This document shows positions 9,110-19,261 of a stretch of DNA of 64,000 nt, piece after piece. Source of the DNA: an uncultured Chloroflexia bacterium (GTDB lineage Bacteria > Chloroflexota > Anaerolineae > CG2-30-64-16). A program made the translations under genes and the position numbers. Within the stretch, counting starts at the first letter, position 1, and each line of letters starts with the position of its first letter. The stretch lies in assembly GCA_963774265.1 (NCBI GenBank), contig CAVZDU010000001.1:1-64000 (forward strand). The letters run 5' to 3'. The notes beneath the pieces were generated by a model. That model was not told the DNA's origin and did no database searches. It saw nothing but the letters and a program-made list of their open reading frames with translations.

Positions 9110-9892
9110 CTAGATGTACTGCATCGCTTCACGGGCCTCTTTGCGGACCACGTAAGCACGATCCCATTCGTAGTGTTCGTCCTCGCCCAGGACGCGCTTC
9201 AGGATCAACGCGAGTTGCTGGCGCTGTTCGGCCGTCAGGTGATCGTAGCGGATCAACTTGCCGAGGCTGCGCACGGCTTTGGCGCGGATTGCGGGGCTGC
9301 CATCGGCCAGATTGGCGCGCAGCCGCTCGAAAACGGCGTCCAAGTCCTCCGCGTCGAACCGGCCTGCCGGAATCGATTCGGCAAACTTGCCGAGAGCGCG
9401 GGTGGCGCTGTCACGCAGCTCCTGATCGTCCGAAGCAGCAGCCTCGAGCGCGGTCGGCAACGCGTCGATGATCTTCGGCGATTTGACCTTGCCCAGGGCA
9501 TACAACACGAAGGCGCGGCACCCGGGTTCGGGGCAAGTGTGGTGGTACTGTTCCAGCAGAGCAGGAATTACCTCCGCGCCCATGTGCCCCAGCGCCTGGC
9601 CGATGGCCATCTGGGACTTCACATCGCCGCCTTCGAGCTGCTGGATCAGGACCGGGATGGCGGGCTTACCGACACTTGCGACCAACGAGATGGCATCTTC
9701 CACGATCGTCAGATACTCAGGATGATCGAGGGTATCGATGTAAAAGAGCGCGGAAATCATCTCCACGTAGCGGCGCTTCTCATCGTCGGAGGCGCGCGGC
9801 ACACGCGCACGCACCTTATCCAGGCCGATGGACACCTCTTCAGGGTTCGTGCTTGAAAGGAGCTTGGTTACCGCACGAGTCAAATCTTCCAT
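9110..9892 (-). CDS. HEAT-repeat protein
   Basis: Repeated ALGxxG/LRDSATRALG/IRAKAVRSLG helical units. Confidence 0.8.
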   Translation of the reverse strand: MEDLTRAVTKLLSSTNPEEVSIGLDKVRARVPRASDDEKRRYVEMISALFYIDTLDHPEYLTIVEDAISLVASVGKPAIPVLIQQLEGGDVKSQMAIGQALGHMGAEVIPALLEQYHHTCPEPGCRAFVLYALGKVKSPKIIDALPTALEAAASDDQELRDSATRALGKFAESIPAGRFDAEDLDAVFERLRANLADGSPAIRAKAVRSLGKLIRYDHLTAEQRQQLALILKRVLGEDEHYEWDRAYVVRKEAREAMQYI

Positions 9893-9912
9893 TGGGTCTT
9901 GGCCTCCTCTGA

Positions 9913-10941
9913 TTAGGCGACGCCCAGCACTTTTGCGCCACGGATTCTGCGCGCCTTCAACTCGGCCAGCGCGCGATTCGCCTCTTCGAGTGGATACACC
10001 TGCACCTCGGGCAAGATAGGAATCTCGGCCGCGAGCGCCAGGAACTCACGCACATCCTGCCGCGTCACATTGGCGACGCTCTTGATTTCTTTCTCCAGCC
10101 ACAGGTGCGATGGGTAGTCCAACCGCAGCAATTCTTCCTGATCGCGACCCTCTTTGCGGATCGCGTTGATCACCAACCGGCCACCAGGCGACAGGTTGCC
10201 CAATGCATGGACAATAGGGCCCCAGGCCGGCGTCGTGTCGATAATCGCATCGAGCTTGATAGGAGAGGCATCCTCCGTATTGCCGGCCCACACGGCGCCA
10301 AGCTCTCGGGCAAACGCTTGCTCCTCCTTCGTGCGAGAGAACACAACTACCGGCGTGGTTGGAAAACGACGCTTCACCATCTTGAGCACCAGGTGCGCGG
10401 ATGCTCCGAACCCGGTCAGACCGAGCGAGTCACCGTCCCGAAGACCGGATAGTTGCAGCGAACGGTAGCCGATCGCGCCGGCACAGAGCAGCGGCGCGGC
10501 CTGCACGTCGGTGAAGACACCCGGAATGTGGTAGACAAACGCTTCCGGCGCCACCATATACTCGGCATACCCGCCGTGCGCATCGCGTCCCGTCGCCCGG
10601 AACTGAGGGCACAGGTTCTCCTGCCCCGTCCGGCACCACTGGCATTCACCGCATGCTGAGTAAATCCAGGCCACGCCGATCCGTTCGCCGATCTGAAACG
10701 CCCCGGCCCCCGGCCCTCGCGCCGCCAAATTTCCCACCACCTGGTGCCCGAGCACAAGGGGCAACTGCGGCGGCGGGGTGCGGCCCTCGATCTCATCCAA
10801 CTCCGTATGACACACGCCGCACGCCGACACCCGCACCAGGACCTCGCCGGGCCCGGGTACCGGTACGGGGAGGTCGACCAGGCGCAACGGTTGGACTTCG
10901 TCTGCGAGCCGGACGATGGCCGGCAGGATCATGGCGCGCAT
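9913..10941 (-). CDS. Zn-dependent alcohol dehydrogenase (AdhP-like)
   Basis: CGVCHTE, GHQVVG, structural Zn motif CGECQWC...NLC, APLLCAG and GFGASA. Confidence 0.9.
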   Translation of the reverse strand: MRAMILPAIVRLADEVQPLRLVDLPVPVPGPGEVLVRVSACGVCHTELDEIEGRTPPPQLPLVLGHQVVGNLAARGPGAGAFQIGERIGVAWIYSACGECQWCRTGQENLCPQFRATGRDAHGGYAEYMVAPEAFVYHIPGVFTDVQAAPLLCAGAIGYRSLQLSGLRDGDSLGLTGFGASAHLVLKMVKRRFPTTPVVVFSRTKEEQAFARELGAVWAGNTEDASPIKLDAIIDTTPAWGPIVHALGNLSPGGRLVINAIRKEGRDQEELLRLDYPSHLWLEKEIKSVANVTRQDVREFLALAAEIPILPEVQVYPLEEANRALAELKARRIRGAKVLGVA

Positions 10942-11688
10942 TTATCCGGCCAATTTGGATGCAACCTCAGCCACTGCGCGGCTCAGCAGCGCGTCTTCGG
11001 GCAAGTCGATCAGCGCCCGGCCCTGGCTGTCGAACTGGGCCACAAGCGGGTCGTAGGGCAGAGCGGCGAGCAACGGGATACCCATGCCATCAGCCTTGGC
11101 GCGCAGCTCAGGTGTCAGATCGCCCTGGACACGATTCACGATCAAGTAGGTGTTGCGGACGTTGATCTCCAACTCCTTGCTCAGGCTGACCATCGCCTCA
11201 GCCGCCACCATACCGCGCATGCTGGCGTCGCTAATGAGCAGCAGGTGATCGACATCCCTGGTGGTGCGCCGGCTCAAATGCTCCATGCCGGCCTCGTTGT
11301 CCATGATGACCCAGTCGTAGCCCCGGTTGATGCCGTCGATGATGTTGCGCAGCATGTGGTTCGCCGCGCAGTAACACCCCTGTCCTTCCGGCCGGCCCAT
11401 CGCGAGCAGGTCGAAGTCATCGCCCTCTTCCACCGCCATGCGCACCGCGTAGCTCAGAAAGTCCTGCCGGGTGGTGCCCGGCGTCACGCCATCGCGCGCT
11501 TCCTCGCGGATGTCGCCCACGGTCTGGCTCAGCTTCAGGTCCAGCACCAGGTGCAGGTTGCTCGACGGGTCGGCATCAATGGCCAGGATCTTGCCGCCCT
11601 TGTTTGCGACGAGATAACGGACCAGCAGGCCAGAAAGCGTTGTCTTACCGGTGCCGCCCTTGCCGGCAACCGCGATCGTAACCGTCAT
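10942..11688 (-). CDS. cooC: CODH/ACS nickel-insertion ATPase CooC/AcsF
   Basis: GKGGTGKTT, IDADP, GRPEGQGCYC and DNEAGMEHLSRR. Confidence 0.92.
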   Translation of the reverse strand: MTVTIAVAGKGGTGKTTLSGLLVRYLVANKGGKILAIDADPSSNLHLVLDLKLSQTVGDIREEARDGVTPGTTRQDFLSYAVRMAVEEGDDFDLLAMGRPEGQGCYCAANHMLRNIIDGINRGYDWVIMDNEAGMEHLSRRTTRDVDHLLLISDASMRGMVAAEAMVSLSKELEINVRNTYLIVNRVQGDLTPELRAKADGMGIPLLAALPYDPLVAQFDSQGRALIDLPEDALLSRAVAEVASKLAG

Positions 11689-12269
11689 TTAGAATGTTTC
11701 TCCAGGTCTTTAAGGTAGTTTACCAGAACAACCATATCGAGCGTCTCACCTTCAGGGGTCATAAACAGATCCTTCCAGGCGAACTGGCGCTCGAAGCCCA
11801 GGCGCTCGAAAGCATGGATCACCTGCGGCCGGGTTTCGACGACCTCCGCATGCACCTGGTGTAGGCCGAGCTTGCGCGCGATCTCGAGCTGCGATCGGAT
11901 GATCGCCGACCCGATGCCGCGCCGGCGGAACTCGCGCGCCAGAAAGATACGAATCTCGGCCGTGTGACGCGTGTAGCCGTGGCCCAGGTGAAGCGTGCAG
12001 TTGCCGACAATACGGTCCGACACGACTGCCACCAGCGGGAAGACCCGGCTGTAATCCGGGTTTTCTGCCCAACCCGCCACCAGGCCCGGCTCGGTGACCT
12101 TGCTGCGGAAGGATTGCGTCTCTTCTTTGGGCAGGTTGACGAACAGGCCCACCAGCGCGTCGCGATCCTTCGGGACCAGAGGCCGGATCAACACGCGCAA
12201 CCCGTCCGGCAGGGTGACCAGGTGCCGATAGTTGGAAAGCTGATCAGCGGATTCGACGACGGTGACCAT
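11685..12269 (-). CDS. GNAT acetyltransferase
   Basis: VLIRPL, FRRRGIGS acetyl-CoA motif and FERLGF; stop overlaps the cooC start. Confidence 0.85.
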   Translation of the reverse strand: MVTVVESADQLSNYRHLVTLPDGLRVLIRPLVPKDRDALVGLFVNLPKEETQSFRSKVTEPGLVAGWAENPDYSRVFPLVAVVSDRIVGNCTLHLGHGYTRHTAEIRIFLAREFRRRGIGSAIIRSQLEIARKLGLHQVHAEVVETRPQVIHAFERLGFERQFAWKDLFMTPEGETLDMVVLVNYLKDLEKHSK

Positions 12270-12300
12270 ACGATTCCTCCTCCGCTTCCCTGCGGTGCAC

Positions 12301-14301
12301 CTAAACTCGTTCGGCCAGTGCCATTTCTACGGTCGGAAACTGCGTCATATCGGTGTGTGGCAGGAAGAGCGCCGATGTAAATGCGTCATAAAAGCTGTTG
12401 TCAGCCGAAAGCTCCAGGTAGGTCATCATACCGGCCACCTGGATCAACTGTGCGCGTACATCGCGACGCAACAGCGCCATGTATGCGCCACGGATCGATG
12501 TGTTGCCAAGGAACCGGAAGCGATCCCACGGCGAAGCCGCGCCCTCGGGCGCGGGCAGGTCGGGCAGCAGTCCTATCTGCACGGCCTTTTCGACGTTGAT
12601 GTACTGGCCGAACGAGCCGCCGATCAACATCTCGGAGACATCGCTCAAGTCAACGCCCACGCTTTGAGCCATCACCGAGAAACCGGCGTAAATCGCAGCC
12701 TTTGCGCGCATCAGGTTATCGATGTCGACTTTGGTGATAACGATATCTCGCCCGTGGGCGGTCTCGCTGCCCCACGCCACGACGTATTCAGGGCCGTGCT
12801 CACCGTCTCGAATGCGGGGGATGCTGCCCATGTCATTCTGACGCAGATTGGCTGCCTTGTCTACCACGCCCGTCACGAACATCTCGGCGAGCAGCGAAAG
12901 CAGGCCCGAACCGCAAATGCCCCTGGGCTTCTCGTCTCCGCGGCCGATGACGCGGTAGGAGGGCTCCAGCGTATCGGTGTTAATCCAGACCTCTTCGATC
13001 GCGCCGGTGGTGGCTCGCATACCGTGTTCAACACCCGCGCCTTCGAAAGCCGGGCCGGCTGAGCAGGCGCAGGTGACCAGCCAGTCTGCGTTGCCCAGGA
13101 CGGTCTCGCCGTTGGTGCCGATGTCGATGAAGAGGGTCAGCTCGGGCCGCTCGTGCATATGCGTATGGAGCACACCCGCGCTGATATCCGCGCCCACGTA
13201 GCTGGCGACGCCCGGCAGACAGTCGACAATGGCCTGTGGGTGCGTGGCCAGGCCCAGTTCCGTTGCGTTGATCGGCGGGGTGTGGTTGACCGCGGGAATA
13301 AACGGCGCGAGCCGGATCTGCTCCGGCGGAATAGCCAGCAGGAGGTGCATCATGGTCGGATTGGCCGCCACGGTCACCTTAAAGATCTCTGAGGGCTGGG
13401 CGTGGACCTGCTTGCAGGCCGCATCGAGAAGGCGGTTGATCGTGCCTACCACCAACTCCTGGAGTTCTTCGAGCTGGCCCGGCTTCTTGGCATAAACGAT
13501 GCGCGAGATGACGTCTTCGCCGCGCGAGATCTGGCCATTGTAGTCGCCGGTTTGCGCGACGACTTCACCACTCTCCAAATCGACCAGCCACACCGAGACC
13601 GTGGTCGTGCCGATGTCGATTGCCGCACCAAAGTTACGATCGGTCTGATCGCCCGGCAGCAGGGCCAACACCTCGGCGGGACCGTTGGGCTGATCCCACC
13701 GATCCAGCGCGACAACGGCGGTGACCTCCCACGGCTCCCACGCGGTGTCACCCTCGGCTACGCTTACCCCATCAGGCGCCTCGCCGCGCAACACCGCACC
13801 CATTTGGCGGAGCATCGGGAGGCTTGTGCGCACGTCCTTCAGACCTCGCCGCGCCAGCTCGCGCGCCACGCGCGACCAGTCGTCCGTCTGATCGGAATAG
13901 TCTGGCGGGTCGAGGCGCAAGAAGTAGCGGCGGATTGACTGGTGCCGGTCCGGGTCGTAGCTGAACGGCACCTCGACGCGCGCGGCCGCCTTCTGGGTGA
14001 CCAGGCGACGCTCGATCGCCTCTTGAGGTGGGATCGCGACCCAACAGTCGCCTTCGATGACCGTCTGGCACGCCAGCGCGTAACCCGCGTTCACATCCTC
14101 GGAGGAGAGACGGATGGTGGACCGGCGCCGGACCGCAGAGCGCGCGTTGTCGACGACCACCGCGCAGCGGCCACAACGTCCCTGGCCGCCACACGGCTGA
14201 TTCAGATCGAACCCGGCTTGGCGCGCGGCCTCTCCCAGGGTCGTCCCGCTGGGCGCCTCAACTGCGACGTTGCCGGGCTCGAAATGAATCGTATAGTTCA
14301 T
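12301..14301 (-). CDS. acsV: Corrinoid reductive activator (ASKHA ATPase with N-terminal 2Fe-2S), AcsV/RACo
   Basis: CGGQGRCGRC...LACQ, AIDIGTTT, YVGADI, IDIGTNGE, ACSAGPAFEG and GICGSG. Confidence 0.92.
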   Translation of the reverse strand: MNYTIHFEPGNVAVEAPSGTTLGEAARQAGFDLNQPCGGQGRCGRCAVVVDNARSAVRRRSTIRLSSEDVNAGYALACQTVIEGDCWVAIPPQEAIERRLVTQKAAARVEVPFSYDPDRHQSIRRYFLRLDPPDYSDQTDDWSRVARELARRGLKDVRTSLPMLRQMGAVLRGEAPDGVSVAEGDTAWEPWEVTAVVALDRWDQPNGPAEVLALLPGDQTDRNFGAAIDIGTTTVSVWLVDLESGEVVAQTGDYNGQISRGEDVISRIVYAKKPGQLEELQELVVGTINRLLDAACKQVHAQPSEIFKVTVAANPTMMHLLLAIPPEQIRLAPFIPAVNHTPPINATELGLATHPQAIVDCLPGVASYVGADISAGVLHTHMHERPELTLFIDIGTNGETVLGNADWLVTCACSAGPAFEGAGVEHGMRATTGAIEEVWINTDTLEPSYRVIGRGDEKPRGICGSGLLSLLAEMFVTGVVDKAANLRQNDMGSIPRIRDGEHGPEYVVAWGSETAHGRDIVITKVDIDNLMRAKAAIYAGFSVMAQSVGVDLSDVSEMLIGGSFGQYINVEKAVQIGLLPDLPAPEGAASPWDRFRFLGNTSIRGAYMALLRRDVRAQLIQVAGMMTYLELSADNSFYDAFTSALFLPHTDMTQFPTVEMALAERV

Positions 14302-14308
14302 GTCGACA

Positions 14309-15790
14309 TCAACCCACGTCGTAGGCGGGATCGACCAGGAATTTCTGCATATCTGCAGCCGCGCGTTTGCCCGCACCCATCGCGCTGATAACCGTGGCCG
14401 CGCCAGTGACCACGTCGCCGCCGGCCCACACGCCCGCTAGCTTCGTCCTTCCCGTTTCGGGGTCGGCAATGACCGTGCCGTGCCGGCTCCGCTCCAATCC
14501 ACGTGCGTCGGTGAAGACGATTGGGTTGGGGCTGGTGCCCAGGGCGAAGATGACCGTGTCGACGGCCATCTCGAACTCCGAGCCTTCGATGGGGACCGGC
14601 GAGCGGCGGCCCGAAGCATCCGGCTCACCCAGCTCCATGCGAATGCAGCGCATGCCGGTCACGTTGCCCTTCTCGTCACCGAGGATTGCCACTGGGTTGG
14701 TGAGGAAATCAAAGATCACACCCTCTTCGCCAGCGTGGTGGAACTCCTCCTCGCGGGCGGGCACTTCAGTTCGGGAGCGCCGGTAGACGATATGCACGTC
14801 TCCTGCGGAGAGGCCGTCGCCATATCCCGAGCCGTTATCATCGACAGGACCATAGAGCATCTGCAGGCGCTTGGCGCTGCGTGCCGAATCCATGGCCACG
14901 TTGCCCGCGCCGATCACGGCCACATGGCGGCCCGTCTTGACCGGGGTGTCATAATCCGGGAACTTGTAACCCTTCATCAGGTTGACGCGGGTCAGGAACT
15001 CGTTGGCAGACATCACGCCGTTCAGATTGATGCCAGGAATGCGCATGAAGGAAGGCAACCCGGCGCCTGTGCCCAGGAAGATCGCGTCGTATTCCTGCAG
15101 TAGTTCGTCCAATGTGTATGTATTTCCGATGACGTGGTTGGTCAGCAGCTCAATGCCCAGATAGTCGACCGCGGTCTTGATTTCCGAGTTGATGATGCTT
15201 TTGGGCAGACGGAACTCGGGGATACCGTAGATCAACACGCCGCCGGGTAGGTGCAGCGACTCGAAGATCGTGACCTTGTGGCCCAGCTTGGCCAGGTCCA
15301 CCGCACAGGTGAGCCCTGCGGGGCCGGAGCCCACCACTGCAACCTTGCGGCCGGTGGGCGGGGCAGCCACGGGCGGGCACGCATTCTCCCGGATCGCATA
15401 GTCGCCCACGAAGCGTTCGAGGCGGCCGATTGCGACGGGCTGGCCCTTCTTTCCCAGAATGCAGACTGACTCGCACTGCGACTCCTGCGGGCAGACGCGA
15501 CCGCAGATGGCTGGAAGGTTATTCTTGGCCTTCATCGCCTCGACCGAGCCGATGAAATCGCCCTCGCGGAGCGCCTTGATGAATTGCGGGATCTGAACGC
15601 CCACGGGGCAGCCGCCGACGCAAAGGGGCTTAACGCATTGAAGACAACGCTGCGCCTCGATCTGCGCCAGCTCCCAGGTAAAACCCAGCGCAACCTCATC
15701 GAAGTTGGCGCTGCGGACATCCGCGTCTTGCGTCGGCATATCCTGCCGCTTGATCTGCATACGTTCTTTGTTGGTAAGCTCAGCCATCAT
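14309..15790 (-). CDS. nfnB: Electron-bifurcating transhydrogenase large subunit NfnB (GltD/SudA-like)
   Basis: RCLQC..PLCVGGCPV, CGRVCPQESQCE, GSGPAG and GAGNVAMD; paired with nfnA, no gltB nearby. Confidence 0.85.
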   Translation of the reverse strand: MMAELTNKERMQIKRQDMPTQDADVRSANFDEVALGFTWELAQIEAQRCLQCVKPLCVGGCPVGVQIPQFIKALREGDFIGSVEAMKAKNNLPAICGRVCPQESQCESVCILGKKGQPVAIGRLERFVGDYAIRENACPPVAAPPTGRKVAVVGSGPAGLTCAVDLAKLGHKVTIFESLHLPGGVLIYGIPEFRLPKSIINSEIKTAVDYLGIELLTNHVIGNTYTLDELLQEYDAIFLGTGAGLPSFMRIPGINLNGVMSANEFLTRVNLMKGYKFPDYDTPVKTGRHVAVIGAGNVAMDSARSAKRLQMLYGPVDDNGSGYGDGLSAGDVHIVYRRSRTEVPAREEEFHHAGEEGVIFDFLTNPVAILGDEKGNVTGMRCIRMELGEPDASGRRSPVPIEGSEFEMAVDTVIFALGTSPNPIVFTDARGLERSRHGTVIADPETGRTKLAGVWAGGDVVTGAATVISAMGAGKRAAADMQKFLVDPAYDVG

Positions 15791-16683
15791 TCACCCCCGG
15801 CGACCGCAACTTCATCAAGCTCGCGCGCGGCCTTGTCGAGATTACACTCGTGGTCGCGCGTGTGGCGCTGCCAGTGGTCGATCGCCGTCTTCTCCTCATC
15901 GCGGTAGAACTGAACGCGAGAGAGCAGGTTGTTCCAATCCACCAGGTGCCCATCGAACTCAGGGCCATCGACGCAGACGAACTTCGCGCCCTCAGTCATA
16001 GCCACCCGGCAGCCGCCGCACATGCCCGTGCCGTCGATCATGATCGTGTTCAGGCTGACGATGGTCGGCACGTTGAACGGCTGGGTCGTCAGGGAGACGA
16101 ACTTCATCATGATGGTGGGGCCGATAGCCCAAACCTTCGCCACCGGTGCACCAGCTTCCAGCAGCTCCTTCAGCGGCTGCGTCACCAACGCCTTGCGGCC
16201 GTACGTGCCGTCATCCGTGCAAACAATCAACTCATCCGACACCTCGGCCATCTTCTCTTCCCAAAAAAGAAGTTCCTTGGTGCGCGCACCGATGATGGAA
16301 ACAACATGATTGCCGGCGGCCTTCAGGTCGCGCGCGATGGGATACATGGGCGCGATGCCCACGCCACCCGCGACACAGACCACCGTGCCGAAGTTCTCGA
16401 TCTCGGTGGGATGGCCCAACGGGCCCGCGACGGAGTAAAACCCATCGCCCACCTCGAATTGGCCCATTTCCATCGTGGACTTGCCAACTTCCTGGAAAAT
16501 CAGGGTGATTGTTCCAGCAGCCGCGTCGCTGTCGGCGATCGTAAGGGGAATGCGTTCGCCATGCTCCGTCGCAATGACAATCACAAATTGACCGGCCTTC
16601 GCTTTGCGCGCTACGTGGGGCGCGGCCACCACAACCAGCTTGGTGACGTCGCTAAGGACCTGTTTCTCAAGAATTTTGTACAT
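15787..16683 (-). CDS. nfnA: NfnA (SudB-like FAD/2Fe-2S subunit)
   Basis: GQFVI, ERIPLTI, GPLG, GGVGIAP and DGTGMCGGCRV...CVDGPEFD. Confidence 0.88.
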   Translation of the reverse strand: MYKILEKQVLSDVTKLVVVAAPHVARKAKAGQFVIVIATEHGERIPLTIADSDAAAGTITLIFQEVGKSTMEMGQFEVGDGFYSVAGPLGHPTEIENFGTVVCVAGGVGIAPMYPIARDLKAAGNHVVSIIGARTKELLFWEEKMAEVSDELIVCTDDGTYGRKALVTQPLKELLEAGAPVAKVWAIGPTIMMKFVSLTTQPFNVPTIVSLNTIMIDGTGMCGGCRVAMTEGAKFVCVDGPEFDGHLVDWNNLLSRVQFYRDEEKTAIDHWQRHTRDHECNLDKAARELDEVAVAGGE

Positions 16684-16807
16684 CTTGGCTTCTTTCTTTC
16701 ACGATCAGGACTGTTGCTACGGTCTCGGCAGAAGGTCCGGCGCCGCAAAGCCAGCTTACCACGAAGCGCGCGCAAATGGAATGATAAAAATCAGCCCTTT
16801 GTCCGGG

Positions 16808-16842
16808 CGCTGGGAGTGAGAAGCCAGCCTTCACTCCCAGCG
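16808..16842. other. 12-bp-stem hairpin downstream of acsC (terminator, processing site or repeat)
   Basis: CGCTGGGAGTGA-N11-TCACTCCCAGCG; no adjacent U-tract. Confidence 0.45.
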
Positions 16843-16855
16843 TTCCAAGTCATGG

Positions 16856-18229
16856 TCACCAGGCGGTCTTCAGGTACCGCGGCAGGTCCACGGCCTCGCG
16901 CGGACCTACCTTGATCTGCCAGCCGGGGAGTTCTTCTTCTAGCTCACCCATGAGCACGGCGACATGGCCAGGGATAACCACCTTACGATGGCTGATCTTC
17001 TCCGCAACACCGGTATTCTTGACCGACTTCGCGATCTTTTCGGCATCGAACTTGCCGGCCGCCCACGCGGTGAGCACGCTCATGCCCTCCGCATCGGCCA
17101 CCAGCAGCCACGCAGGCATGCCGCTCGATTCCATCTCGTTCGCCACCGCGAAGTAGGTGATCGAGAAGTTCGTAGTCACCAGCAGCGGCGCATCCGCGGT
17201 CGGCTTGTTGATCTCGTAGATGCCCGGCTCGACCTGGATCGGCTTCTGCGGGTCGGTGAACAGGTTGGCGCGCAGGACGAGCAGCGGATAGACCTCCGCT
17301 GGCTCGAAGCGGCTCAAAACGACAAAACCCGCGTACTTGGCAATCTGCTGGCCGGCCAGGAGCATCTCCATGCCCGGCTCAACCGTGCCCAAGTAGGGGA
17401 ACGCGATGATCGGGTAGCCGAGCAGTCGGAAATTCTTCTTCAACGCCAGGCGGCGCAGTTGCGTCATTCCGGACAGCGACGCGCCGAATCCGCGCGCTGT
17501 GGGATCGAGCACCAGATCCTCAACCCCGGCCGCGACCAGCTTCTCGGCCAGCTCAGCCAGGCCTGGCAGGGTTTCCGCCCGAACCACCAGTGGCGCCTTG
17601 GCGGCCTTGGCCAATACAGCCATGGCTTCCAAATTGGCCGCAGTCGCCGCACAGAGCAGCGGAGTGACTCCGCCCACCTTAGTCAAACCGGCCTCGATGA
17701 CCGCGGGATTCTCGCTGACGAGGATCACCGGAATGGTCGTCGCCGCGCGCACGGCCGCCACGGCTGATGCGAAGGTCGCCGCGTCACCTGACACACAGTC
17801 CACCGCCAGGCCGTCCACCCGCAGCACCATACCTACGTAGTCGACCTTGTAGTCGGCCACGGATTTCGCCAGGCTGGCGATCTCAGCCGCAGTCATGTTG
17901 TCCGCGACGCGCACAAACACACCCGCCGGATTGAAGAACGTCTTCTCATGGCGGAAGAGCACCGTCTCGTTCCCGGCCTTCACCTCGCGGCCGTCCGCGG
18001 ACAGTGTAATGAGCCGAATGGGAGGCGCGGCGGCAGCGGACAGCTTGGCTTTCGCCTCTGCATTCACATAGGGACACAACGCCAGTTCCGCCTGCTTGGC
18101 AGCCAGCTTCATGGCGAAGGCCAGGCATGTGGGATAACCGCATTCCTTGCAGTTGGCGTGCGCTTTCTCTGCCGGATCCTTGCTACTGCCGGGCAGCAAT
18201 TTGTAGATTTCAAGACCAGTCAGGGCCAT
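16856..18229 (-). CDS. acsC: Corrinoid Fe-S protein large subunit
   Basis: MALTGLEIYKLLP...NCKECGYPTCLAFAMKLA...CPY, ETVLFRHEK, TDPQKP, TTNFSITYF and SVLTAWAAGKF. Confidence 0.96.
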   Translation of the reverse strand: MALTGLEIYKLLPGSSKDPAEKAHANCKECGYPTCLAFAMKLAAKQAELALCPYVNAEAKAKLSAAAAPPIRLITLSADGREVKAGNETVLFRHEKTFFNPAGVFVRVADNMTAAEIASLAKSVADYKVDYVGMVLRVDGLAVDCVSGDAATFASAVAAVRAATTIPVILVSENPAVIEAGLTKVGGVTPLLCAATAANLEAMAVLAKAAKAPLVVRAETLPGLAELAEKLVAAGVEDLVLDPTARGFGASLSGMTQLRRLALKKNFRLLGYPIIAFPYLGTVEPGMEMLLAGQQIAKYAGFVVLSRFEPAEVYPLLVLRANLFTDPQKPIQVEPGIYEINKPTADAPLLVTTNFSITYFAVANEMESSGMPAWLLVADAEGMSVLTAWAAGKFDAEKIAKSVKNTGVAEKISHRKVVIPGHVAVLMGELEEELPGWQIKVGPREAVDLPRYLKTAW

Positions 18230-18242
18230 GATTCATCTCCTC

Positions 18243-19217
18243 CTACTGCGAAACGGCCAGCGCGCCGATCATCAGTTTGATCCGCCGCACCGTCTCAGGA
18301 TGCCGCAGCACCACAATATCTGCACCCGACTCCACCAGCGCACCCGCGGTCATGGTCTCCCAGTTGACCGCGCGGCTCGCCCAGTCGCCCCACGCAGCGG
18401 GCACCCCCTCAGCCGCGCGCGCTTCTTTGGTGCGCCACGCCTCTTCGCCTGGGGTCACCAGCATGGGCTGCTGGGTCATTCCGTCGCCCTGAAGGCCTGC
18501 CAGGCGCAAACGTTCCATGACGCTATAGCCATACTCGATGCCATAGCCCAATCCGCCTGTAGTCGGATCGGTGATGATGCGCTCCATCGGCATACCCATG
18601 TCGTGGATCAAAATGTTGAGCTGCTTTGACAGATTCACATCCATGGGCGTCTTGGCAGTAACCAGGTGGCCGTTGGCCATAGCCGCTGCGACGATGGTCC
18701 GGTAGTTCTTGTCTTCGCACGCACCAAGCACGAGTTTTTCACCCGCGCCTTCCTCGGCGCAGGCCACGAGCACATCATTGTCCAACTCGGCCTGACCCGG
18801 GCCAAGGACGATGAGCGGAACCGTGGTGGCATTGAGAACGCGGCGCAAGGTCGCGCGCGCGGAGGCGCCAGTGATGCGCGCGCCGTCGGCGTCGGCAGTG
18901 AAGAACCGCAGACAGATAAGGTCCGCACCCGCAGCCTCGGCCTGTTGGGCCCAAAGGCCCGGATCATTCAGCGCATCGCCCCACGCACCTGTGAGTGCGG
19001 CCGACCATTCGTCACCAGGATTGCGGTTCCAGACTTCGACCGCCACCAGCGGCGGGTTCGGGGTCTGGCCTTCGAAACCGAGGAACGGCAACGTGCTCTG
19101 GCCGCCAACGACCGCGGCCTTCCCGCGCGTGCCGCCTTCGGCCGCGGTTGCGCCCACTGAGATGGGGCGAATGACGCCGGCCCATTTTTCAACGGGAGTT
19201 TCGACCGTTACGGGCAT
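18243..19217 (-). CDS. acsD: Corrinoid Fe-S protein small subunit
   Basis: GGTRG, LPFLGFEG, PMDVNLSKQLN, DPTTGGLGYGIEY and MERLRLAGL. Confidence 0.95.
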   Translation of the reverse strand: MPVTVETPVEKWAGVIRPISVGATAAEGGTRGKAAVVGGQSTLPFLGFEGQTPNPPLVAVEVWNRNPGDEWSAALTGAWGDALNDPGLWAQQAEAAGADLICLRFFTADADGARITGASARATLRRVLNATTVPLIVLGPGQAELDNDVLVACAEEGAGEKLVLGACEDKNYRTIVAAAMANGHLVTAKTPMDVNLSKQLNILIHDMGMPMERIITDPTTGGLGYGIEYGYSVMERLRLAGLQGDGMTQQPMLVTPGEEAWRTKEARAAEGVPAAWGDWASRAVNWETMTAGALVESGADIVVLRHPETVRRIKLMIGALAVSQ

Positions 19218-19261
19218 GAGAAAACCTCCTCTGAGAGTGGGTGAAACAAAGAAATGGAGCC

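Noticed and set aside
8411-9856. Long plus-strand ORFs antisense to the cluster (e.g. 8411-9856, 23985-25499, 15850-16914)
   Set aside because: Shadow ORFs expected in high-GC DNA opposite well-supported genes; no recognisable motifs.
14309-15790. Glutamate synthase small subunit
   Set aside because: No gltB nearby; direct coupling to an NfnA/SudB-type gene indicates NfnAB.
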